Shown here piece by piece: positions 37,655-45,672 of a stretch of DNA of 49,330 nt (its first letter is position 1; every line of letters begins with the position of its first letter). A program made the translations under genes and the position numbers. Source of the DNA: an uncultured archaeon (GTDB taxonomy: Archaea; Altiarchaeota; Altiarchaeia; IMC4; QMZM01). The notes below the pieces were generated by a model. The model searched no databases. It saw nothing but the letters and a program-made list of their open reading frames with translations, and was not told where the DNA came from. The DNA lies in assembly GCA_964592095.1 (NCBI GenBank), contig CAZQER010000001.1, forward strand, positions 1 through 49,330, read 5' to 3'.

Positions 37655-38725
37655 ATGGCAAATATAGCATTAATGTCATCGTGGAATGCAGCATGTGGTG
37701 TATCCATCCATGCAGAACTGATCGGAAGGGGGTTTATCAATCAAGGTCATAATCTTATGGTTTTTGCGCCCATAACATATGAGGATGACCATACATATCT
37801 ATGGTTTAATGATGATGAATCGTTTGTAAAGAGGAATTTCTCCTTTCTTAGATACGGAGATAAGTACAAGAATGAGAAACTTCTATCTTATCTCTACTTA
37901 GACCCATCAATGGTTGATGAAGACTTTGATGTATTTATTGTTGAGAAGCCAACATCAATTCCTCTGAATAAGTTATTACCACTATTTGATAAAATAAAAA
38001 AGAAGGCAAAAACAATAGCAATATTTCATGAAGGAATAATGCCGGAAAATCCATATTTTTATAAATTTGATTGGGATTCTATCATTGTCTTTGATGAAAG
38101 ATATAAAGGATTATTCTCCACTGTTTTTCCGGAGGATAGGATACATATAGTCCCGTTTCCATGTTATAAACCAAAACAGATAAACAAGAAAAAGGCAAGG
38201 AATGCACTTAATCTCAACGAAGATGATAATATAATCTTCACATACGGTAGATTTTATTTATTACCGGAGGTTTTATCGCAAATCAAAAAAACACATTATA
38301 AGGTGATATATCTGTGTATGGTTAGAAGCATAGATAAATTCAACAAGCTGTATAAATTATCGAAAAGGTTTCCGTTTTTTGAACTCAGATTGTCAAGATA
38401 TCCGGTATTTTCAGATGAATTCCACAACTTTCTATTTTCATCAGATGCCGTTATATTCTATAGAAGATCTGCATTACATAATCCCGTTTCAAGCTCGGCA
38501 CATGTCTGTCTTGGTTTTCTCAGACCATTAATATGTCCAGATAATGAATTCTTCTATACATTCTCCAATGAAGTAATCAAGTATAAAGATGTAGATGAGA
38601 TCATTGTGAAGATAAAGGATGTTCTTGAGAATGGAGATAAGATAGATGAAACTCTAAAGGCTGCTAAAAGATATGTGGAGGAGAACTCTGCCAAAAAAAT
38701 AGCAAAAAGAATTCTTGAATTATGA
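37655..38725 (+). CDS. divergent GT-B (GT4-like) glycosyltransferase
   Basis: N-terminus IALMSSWNAACGVSIHAELIGRGFINQGHNLMVFAP and C-terminal FSSDAVIFYRRSALHNPVSSSAHVCLGFLRPLICPDNEFF resemble the two GT4 half-domain signatures. The assignment rests on pattern only. Confidence 0.55.
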   Translation: MANIALMSSWNAACGVSIHAELIGRGFINQGHNLMVFAPITYEDDHTYLWFNDDESFVKRNFSFLRYGDKYKNEKLLSYLYLDPSMVDEDFDVFIVEKPTSIPLNKLLPLFDKIKKKAKTIAIFHEGIMPENPYFYKFDWDSIIVFDERYKGLFSTVFPEDRIHIVPFPCYKPKQINKKKARNALNLNEDDNIIFTYGRFYLLPEVLSQIKKTHYKVIYLCMVRSIDKFNKLYKLSKRFPFFELRLSRYPVFSDEFHNFLFSSDAVIFYRRSALHNPVSSSAHVCLGFLRPLICPDNEFFYTFSNEVIKYKDVDEIIVKIKDVLENGDKIDETLKAAKRYVEENSAKKIAKRILEL

Positions 38726-39709
38726 ATATGAATATGTGTGATTTAAACAGCTTTCCTTTACACCATTATCTATTATAAGATTACATAATTCCGTATCATT
38801 ATTGATTATACTCAGATTATAATAGCATTTATCCCTCCAGTCAATATCGTAGATACTACTACATAATCTACCATCATTTCTCAATATTGCAATCTCCTTA
38901 ATGCATGCACTTTCCCATTCATCTGATTCAATCAGATAACATATACTTGCATTATTCCTATTCTTTGCAACGGTTAAATAACAGAAATATTTCCACTCCT
39001 TCTCTACAATATTGCATTCCCTGAGTGATGTTTTGTTTTCTATTACGCTTTTATAGCATACGCTCCTTAGTTTAGATTCTGTTATATATCCACAGATATT
39101 GGCATTTCCCTTTATAGTTGCGATATGATTATAGCATCCATCCCTTTTAACCCTGAATCTCAATTCATTACAGATTGATTCATTCAGGCGTTTCACCGCA
39201 ATATTTTTTATACATTCATCAGACATGAATCTGTCAGATATAAATGAACATATAGAGAGATTATCCTTTTTCAGAGCTAAATCGTTATAACAACCATCTC
39301 TATTTTCATTTGCATATATATCGGAACACATATCCTCATTGCTTAATAAAACTGCCACATTCCAGAGACACTCGTCCCTGTATATATGACTCCTTATCCT
39401 CCTGCAGATTTGTGGGTTAAGCCTTTTAATTCCCTCGTCCTTATAGCATTCATCCCTAAGTTTCGTGTCTGATATAAAATCACATATAATCCCCCCCATG
39501 GTTGTAGTTGTATGTATGGTTTCTGTTGAAGAGGTTGATGTTGATGTTACTGATGTTGTTGATTGGATTAGAACAGTTGATGAAGTTGATGATGTTGTTA
39601 TTGTTGTTGATGTTGAGGTAGTTACTGTAGGGGTTGGGATTTCTATACATCCACATAACAGTAACGGCATTATTATTAATATCTTCAAGGATATGTGATT
39701 TGTATTCAT
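38720..39709 (-). CDS. putative surface lipoprotein with Thr/Ser linker and about ten 26-aa Cys-pair repeats
   Basis: MNTNHISLKILIIMPLLLCGC (lipobox-like). Linker at nt 39500-39634. Repeats follow C-x2-I-x6-RD-x-CY-x2-(I/V)A-x7-(I/L). The ORF-track start at 39721 is TTG, and ATG lies at 39709. Confidence 0.65.
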   Translation of the reverse strand: MNTNHISLKILIIMPLLLCGCIEIPTPTVTTSTSTTITTSSTSSTVLIQSTTSVTSTSTSSTETIHTTTTMGGIICDFISDTKLRDECYKDEGIKRLNPQICRRIRSHIYRDECLWNVAVLLSNEDMCSDIYANENRDGCYNDLALKKDNLSICSFISDRFMSDECIKNIAVKRLNESICNELRFRVKRDGCYNHIATIKGNANICGYITESKLRSVCYKSVIENKTSLRECNIVEKEWKYFCYLTVAKNRNNASICYLIESDEWESACIKEIAILRNDGRLCSSIYDIDWRDKCYYNLSIINNDTELCNLIIDNGVKESCLNHTYSYS

Positions 39710-39765
39710 TACAATCACCAAGATGCTATGATTTCTGTAAATTTCTGCAATTATCTTATTAGAAT

Positions 39766-40614
39766 TTACCCAAAAAATGACATCTTTGCTGCGATAATTG
39801 TATTTTCAAGAAGCATTGTTATTGTCATCGGTCCAACACCCCCCGGTACCGGTGTGATTAATGATACCTTATCCCTCACATCCTCAAAATCCACATCACC
39901 TACGATTTTTCCATTCACCCTGTTTATACCAACATCAATTACAATTGCATTATCTCCAAGCATATCTCCACTTATAAGATTTGGAACACCTGCCGCAACT
40001 ATAAGAATTTCCGCATTCTTTGTATGTTTCTTTAGATTTTTTGTATGTACATGACAGATTGTTACCGTTGCATTCCTGTTTAATAGTAACATTGCCAATG
40101 GTTTTCCAATTAATACGCTATGGCTTATTATTACAATCTCTCTGCCCTTTAAATCTATTCCCTCGTACTCAAAGATTCTTATAATTCCCTTGGGAGTACA
40201 TGATACCAATACTTCATTTCCCATTAATAGATTTCCAATATTAACTGGATTCATGCCGTCAACATCCTTTATAGGAGATATCCTATTGAATATATTATTT
40301 CTATCTATGTGTTCCGGAAGCGGTAACTGAACAAGAATTCCATGAACTGCAGGATCTCTGTTCTGTTCATCGATCAATTGCAGAAGTTCACTTTCTTTTG
40401 CATCTGCAGGTAAATGGAAGTTCTTTGATTTTATCCCTATATCCCCACACGCCCTTGTCTTCATCTTGATATATAACTCCGATGCGGGGTCATCTCCAAC
40501 AAGTATTGTTGAGAGGGATGGGTGGATTCCCTTAGACATCAATTCCCTTACCTCAAATGCGAGATTCTTCCTTATTTCAAAAGAAATCTTTTTTCCATCT
40601 ATGATTCTGCCCAT
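39766..40614 (-). CDS. folD: bifunctional methylenetetrahydrofolate dehydrogenase / methenyl-THF cyclohydrolase
   Basis: ILVGDDPASELYIKMK, HGILVQLPLP, VIISHSVLIGKP and PVPGGVGPMT. Confidence 0.92.
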   Translation of the reverse strand: MGRIIDGKKISFEIRKNLAFEVRELMSKGIHPSLSTILVGDDPASELYIKMKTRACGDIGIKSKNFHLPADAKESELLQLIDEQNRDPAVHGILVQLPLPEHIDRNNIFNRISPIKDVDGMNPVNIGNLLMGNEVLVSCTPKGIIRIFEYEGIDLKGREIVIISHSVLIGKPLAMLLLNRNATVTICHVHTKNLKKHTKNAEILIVAAGVPNLISGDMLGDNAIVIDVGINRVNGKIVGDVDFEDVRDKVSLITPVPGGVGPMTITMLLENTIIAAKMSFFG

Positions 40615-40627
40615 TTTAATGTTTGAT

Positions 40628-41875
40628 TTAATAATTCAATTCCTCATATAGTGGGAATTGTTCACATAATTCTATAACCTCCTCTCTAACTTTCTTCCTC
40701 ACATTTCTATCGTCTATGTTTTCAATAACTCTTGTAATAAATTCTGCAATCAACTCCATCTCTTTCTCTTTCATACCCCTCGTGGTTACCGATGGTGTAC
40801 CAATCCTTATACCGCTGGTAATCCATGGTTTTTGTTCATCAAATGGAACGGTGTTTTTATTTAGAGTAATGCCAGCCTCCTGTAATGCAATCTCAGCCTC
40901 CCTGCCGGTAATATTCTTGTTTCTTAGATCTACCAATATTAAATGATTGTCCGTACCTCCAGAAACGAGATCAAATCCATTATCCATAAGGATTTCAGCA
41001 AGTTTTTTTGAATTTTTTACAATCTGTTTCGCATATTCCTTAAATTCATCTGTGAGTGCTTCCTTAAAACATACTGCCTTTGCAGCAATTACATGCATAA
41101 ATGGTCCTCCCTGAATGCACGGAAAGACTGCTTTATCAATTGCATTTGCGTATTTCTCCATACACACTATCATACCCCCTCTTGGACCTCTAAGCGTTTT
41201 ATGGGTTGTGGTTGTAGTAAAATCAGAGTATGGAATTGGGGTTGGATGAACACCCGCTACCACAAGCCCTGCTATGTGTGCTATATCTGACATCAAATAT
41301 GCGTCCACTTCATTTGCTATCTCCGAAAACGCCTCAAAATTCACAATTCTGGGATATGCAGAATAACCGCATACTATCAAATCTGGATTCACATCCCTTG
41401 CTATTCTCATTATCTCATCATAATCTAACATTTCGGTTTCTTTACTAACACCATAATGATAAACCTTGTATAGTTTACCTGAAAAACTCACCGGAGAGCC
41501 ATGACTCAGATGTCCCCCATGAGAAAGCTCCATACTGAGTATTTTACTCCCAACCCTCAATACAGAAAAGTAAACTGCCATGTTTGCCTGTGAACCTGAA
41601 TGTGGCTGGACATTAACATGCTCACATTTAAACAGTTTCTTTGCCCTCTCTATAGCCAAATCCTCTGCAATATCAACAAACTGACAGCCTCCATAATACC
41701 TTTTATGAGGATAACCCTCGGCATACTTATTGGTCATAACACAACCCTGTGCCTCAAGAACAGCCTTAGATGCGTGATTCTCAGATGCAATCAGCTGTAG
41801 ATTATATCTTTCTCTATCTATCTCATCCTTGATTGCCCTCATGATTTCTGGATCGGTAGATTTTAAATCAGTCAT
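40628..41875 (-). CDS. glyA: serine hydroxymethyltransferase
   Basis: [33 protein letters not shown]. Confidence 0.95.
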   Translation of the reverse strand: MTDLKSTDPEIMRAIKDEIDRERYNLQLIASENHASKAVLEAQGCVMTNKYAEGYPHKRYYGGCQFVDIAEDLAIERAKKLFKCEHVNVQPHSGSQANMAVYFSVLRVGSKILSMELSHGGHLSHGSPVSFSGKLYKVYHYGVSKETEMLDYDEIMRIARDVNPDLIVCGYSAYPRIVNFEAFSEIANEVDAYLMSDIAHIAGLVVAGVHPTPIPYSDFTTTTTHKTLRGPRGGMIVCMEKYANAIDKAVFPCIQGGPFMHVIAAKAVCFKEALTDEFKEYAKQIVKNSKKLAEILMDNGFDLVSGGTDNHLILVDLRNKNITGREAEIALQEAGITLNKNTVPFDEQKPWITSGIRIGTPSVTTRGMKEKEMELIAEFITRVIENIDDRNVRKKVREEVIELCEQFPLYEELNY

Positions 41876-41956
41876 AACAGATTATCTTATCGTATTCAAA
41901 AATAAAAAATTAAAGTTTAATAGATAATTACATTATAATAGCATTTTATAACAAGA

Positions 41957-42637
41957 ATGTCATTTAAATGTAGATATTTGGCATTATTCATATCAATTGC
42001 ATTGGTGATATTTTTTCTTTCCTGCATTGTAGAGCATCAATATGATGCAAATGAAAATATAACAAATTTTACCGATTTTAATTTTACAGTTAACACTACT
42101 ACCTCAACTATATTTGAATATAAACCGATTACAACAACAACCAAAACAACAATATCCTATTTTTCCTCAATAAAGGTCTGTGATGAGGCAGAATATCCGT
42201 CTAAGAAGGATATATGTCTGAAACAGGTTGCAATATTAAACAAAAATCCAAATGTATGTGGCCGCATTAAAGGGGATAATATAAAAATTGATTGTATAAT
42301 GACACTTGCAATTATTGTAGGTGATAAGAGAGTATGTGATAAAATAAAAGACAGAAAAAAAAGAGATAGCTGTTATTTTAATGTAGCCACTAAATCACAG
42401 AGGGAAGATGTTTGCAAAGCATTAGGTAAAATTCAGGACAGGGATGAATGTTATTATCGTCTTGCAAAGGATATAAAAGAGGGTAATATCTGTGGTAAAA
42501 TTCGCACATCTATAATGAGGGACAACTGTTATTTTGAGATTGCAAGGATAATCAAAAATGGAAATATCTGCTATGAAATCATGTCCACAGATATAAGAAG
42601 TGAATGCTTTTTAGAACTAAAAAATTATACCCTCTAA
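41957..42637 (+). CDS. paralogous surface protein with Thr-rich/N-glycosylation-sequon linker and six Cys-pair repeats
   Basis: Signal/lipobox-like FISIALVIFFLSC. NIT/NFT/NFT/NTT sequons. Repeats such as VCDKIKDRKKRDSCYFNVATKSQREDV and ICGKIRTSIMRDNCYFEIARIIKNGNI. Confidence 0.65.
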   Translation: MSFKCRYLALFISIALVIFFLSCIVEHQYDANENITNFTDFNFTVNTTTSTIFEYKPITTTTKTTISYFSSIKVCDEAEYPSKKDICLKQVAILNKNPNVCGRIKGDNIKIDCIMTLAIIVGDKRVCDKIKDRKKRDSCYFNVATKSQREDVCKALGKIQDRDECYYRLAKDIKEGNICGKIRTSIMRDNCYFEIARIIKNGNICYEIMSTDIRSECFLELKNYTL

Positions 42638-42680
42638 TTTTTTGAATATAAATCTAAAAATAATAAAATAAATCAATAGA

Positions 42681-43337
42681 ATGAAATACAAGGATAAGGC
42701 GATATGGATAGAAGTCAGAAATGAGGTGGGGGCATTAAACAAGGTGACATCAGTTATAGCATCGCATAGTGGAAATATCGATTACATAGAACAACTTAGT
42801 AGTGGTAATACAGTTAATCTCTATTTGGAGATTGGAGGTATAAAAAATTTAAGAAATCTAGCAGATGAATTGGAAAATCTTGATATCACGATAAAAACAG
42901 ATATTGTCCCAACATTCTCTCATGTTTACGGTAAGAGGGTTATTGTTATTGGGGGTGGCGCACAGGTGGCTGAGGTCGCCAAGGGTGCCATTTCCGAGGC
43001 GGATAGACACAACATCAGGGGAGAGAAGATTTCCGTGGATACAATTCCACTGACTGGAGAGATGGAGATAGCAGAAGCAGTAAGGGCTGTTGCACGGCTC
43101 CCAAGAGCAAAAATTCTGATACTTGCTGGTTCTTTAATGGGGGGAAAAATTACTGATGCTGTGAGGGATATCCAAAACAAAGGAATTATAGTAATATCCC
43201 TGAATATGGCGGGTTCAGTTCCAGATGTTGCGGATTTGGTTGTTTCAGACCCAATACAGGCGGGAGTAATGTCGGTTATGGCTATAGCAGATACTGCCAA
43301 ATTTTCAATAGAAAAGCAGAGGGGTAAGAGATACTAA
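42681..43337 (+). CDS. ACT-domain protein with conserved C-terminal domain of unknown function (probably DUF5612)
   Basis: N-terminus IWIEVRNEVGALNKVTSVIASHSGNI (ACT). C-terminus VIVIGGGAQVAEVAKGAISEADRHNIRGEKISVDTIPL...LAGSLMGG. Stop is 2 nt before dapF. Confidence 0.6.
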   Translation: MKYKDKAIWIEVRNEVGALNKVTSVIASHSGNIDYIEQLSSGNTVNLYLEIGGIKNLRNLADELENLDITIKTDIVPTFSHVYGKRVIVIGGGAQVAEVAKGAISEADRHNIRGEKISVDTIPLTGEMEIAEAVRAVARLPRAKILILAGSLMGGKITDAVRDIQNKGIIVISLNMAGSVPDVADLVVSDPIQAGVMSVMAIADTAKFSIEKQRGKRY

Positions 43338-43339
43338 GA

Positions 43340-44221
43340 ATGAAAATACGGTTCCTGAAAATGCAAGGAGCAGGAAATGATTTTATATTGATAGATGAAT
43401 TTCAAATGACATTAATCTCAGAAGAAAGGAAGCCAACATTTGTAAAAAAGATATCTGACAGACATTTTGGAGTTGGTTCTGATGGGGTTATATTTGTACA
43501 GAAATCTAAAAAACAGGATGCGAAATTTCATTTCTTCAATCCAGATGGAAGTATTGCCGAGATATGTGGTAATGGCTTAAGGTGTTTTGCAAAATATCTA
43601 TATGAATCTGGAATTGTTAAAAAGAATTTTATGAGTATAGAAACTAATGCGGGAACAGTTAAAATCAAATTAATCATTAATAAAAACAGTAAAAATAAAA
43701 GCATGGTATCTGAGGTGAGGGTAGATATGGGAAAACCAAGGTTGAAAAGGGGTGAAATTCCCGTTTCTGGTAAACCAGATACGGAATTTATTAATCAAGA
43801 GGTCAGAGTAAATGATAAACTATATAAAATCACTGCAATCGGAATGGGAAACCCACACGCAATTATTCTTTGTAATAATATTGATGATATTGATGTTGTG
43901 AATACGGGTAGAAGGATAAGATACGATAAGGGATTATTTCCTAACGGTGTTAATGTGCACTTTATTGAAAAGGTTGGTGATAATGAATTCAAGATAAGAA
44001 GCTATGAAAGAGGTGTAGAGGGTGAAACATTGGCTTGTGGAACGGGGATATGTGCATCTGCTGTTGCGGTTGCTATCGGCGGTATAATCAATCCCGAAAG
44101 GGAGATTATATTCCATGCCAAGGGTGGTGACCTCAAGGTTGAGTTAAAAGACGACAGGGTTTATCTGACTGGCGATGCTAATGAGGTATTCAGGGGTGAG
44201 ATTTATTTTTCTGATACATAA
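43340..44221 (+). CDS. dapF: diaminopimelate epimerase
   Basis: KMQGAGNDFILID, FFNPDGSIAEICGNGLRCF, LACGTGICA. Confidence 0.92.
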   Translation: MKIRFLKMQGAGNDFILIDEFQMTLISEERKPTFVKKISDRHFGVGSDGVIFVQKSKKQDAKFHFFNPDGSIAEICGNGLRCFAKYLYESGIVKKNFMSIETNAGTVKIKLIINKNSKNKSMVSEVRVDMGKPRLKRGEIPVSGKPDTEFINQEVRVNDKLYKITAIGMGNPHAIILCNNIDDIDVVNTGRRIRYDKGLFPNGVNVHFIEKVGDNEFKIRSYERGVEGETLACGTGICASAVAVAIGGIINPEREIIFHAKGGDLKVELKDDRVYLTGDANEVFRGEIYFSDT

Positions 44222-44229
44222 TTCTATTT

Positions 44230-44700
44230 ATGCCATTAGAAGAATATCATGGCAAGAGGGATTTCTCAAAGACATCTGAACCAAGAGGTGAGGTAAAGGA
44301 AAGTAAAGGTAAAAGAATCTTTGTAATCCAGAAGCATTATGCAAGAAAACTTCATTATGACCTGAGGCTTGAATATGAGGGTGTTTTGAAGAGTTGGGCA
44401 ATTCCAAAGGAACCACCGCTGAAGGAAGGGATAAAAAGGCTGGCTGTTCAAACGGAGGATCACCCACTGGAATATGCAACATTTGAGGGTATAATTCCCG
44501 AGGGTCTTTATGGTGCAGGAAAGGTTGAGATATGGGATAATGGCTTCGTTGAAATTGAAAAATGGTCTGAAAAGGAGATAACATTTGAACTTAATGGTGG
44601 GAAAATGAATGGCATATATGTGATGATAAAAATGAAACCGACGGAGAAATTTCCAGGTAGGAATAATTGGCTTCTTTTCAAGAAGAAGGGTTCAGGATAA
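44230..44700 (+). CDS. stand-alone LigD-type 3'-phosphoesterase (PE) domain protein
   Basis: YHGKRDFSKTSEP, FVIQKHYARKLHYDLRLE, GVLKSWAIPKEPP, HPLEYATFEGIIPEG. Confidence 0.88.
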   Translation: MPLEEYHGKRDFSKTSEPRGEVKESKGKRIFVIQKHYARKLHYDLRLEYEGVLKSWAIPKEPPLKEGIKRLAVQTEDHPLEYATFEGIIPEGLYGAGKVEIWDNGFVEIEKWSEKEITFELNGGKMNGIYVMIKMKPTEKFPGRNNWLLFKKKGSG

Positions 44701-45594
44701 TATCTTTGGAATCATATCTCCCAGAAGGAATGCAAACAAAGCCACTATCATACCGCCAATCATAATTCTTTGAGCAATATATTCTGGAGTATAAAGTGAA
44801 ATAAGGAATATTATGTCTGCAACACCTACAAATATACCATATATTAATAAATTAAATGATTCTATAGGTAAAAAGAAGGGGATTATGCTGAATAGTACTG
44901 CAATAAAAGAAAATAGTGATGCTATCATTCTTGCCTTCTTTGTCCCAATCTTCGTAGGTATGGTCAAAGCATATTTGTATTTATCACCCTTTATGTCCTC
45001 TATATCCTTAACTATTTCTCTGGATAGGGTCATAAGAAATGCACATACTCCCAAAACCGTCAGTAGATTTATATTCCTCTGCTCTGCTAAGAGAAATGAC
45101 TCAAGATTTGTAAGTGCTCCAAATAAGAATATTGATGTTACAAGATAGCTTACTATAAGATTAGAAATAAATAACATTCTCTTGGAATATGTGGCATAGA
45201 TTATAAGGATTATTGTATTTATTGTGGCTATATAGAAGCAGTATTGATTTACAGATTTTGACATACCTATTCCAAAGAGAAAGAGAATTACTGATAACAT
45301 CAGGGCATCGCTTTTTGAAACCTTTCCTGAAGGTAATGGTTTATCTGGCTTATTTACACTATCGATCTCTATATCAAAATAGTCATTTATTATATTACCT
45401 GCACCTATAATGAGGAATACTGCAAATCCCGATATAATGACCAATGAACTCAAAAAAGCACCCTCTCCAGAATATGTAAATGAAGCTCCAACCAAAACAC
45501 CAAGAAAACCAATGATACAATTTCTAATCCTTAACAACTCAAAAAGGAGTGATAAACTACTTCCAATTCTTTTTGTGATGTTATCTGAAGGCAT
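44692..45594 (-). CDS. UbiA-family prenyltransferase, likely digeranylgeranylglyceryl phosphate synthase
   Basis: NIINDYFDIEIDSVNKPDKPLPSG and a second Asp-rich region KDIEDIKGD, with 8-9 TM segments. Confidence 0.72.
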   Translation of the reverse strand: MPSDNITKRIGSSLSLLFELLRIRNCIIGFLGVLVGASFTYSGEGAFLSSLVIISGFAVFLIIGAGNIINDYFDIEIDSVNKPDKPLPSGKVSKSDALMLSVILFLFGIGMSKSVNQYCFYIATINTIILIIYATYSKRMLFISNLIVSYLVTSIFLFGALTNLESFLLAEQRNINLLTVLGVCAFLMTLSREIVKDIEDIKGDKYKYALTIPTKIGTKKARMIASLFSFIAVLFSIIPFFLPIESFNLLIYGIFVGVADIIFLISLYTPEYIAQRIMIGGMIVALFAFLLGDMIPKILS

Positions 45595-45672
45595 AGTTCC
45601 ATATTCATAGTTCCATATTTAATCAAGGTAATCAAATGGGTATTATATTGATGTTATCCAATATTTATAAAT

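Noticed and set aside
44228-44584. 118-aa minus-strand ORF
   Set aside because: It is antisense to the strongly supported LigD-PE gene.
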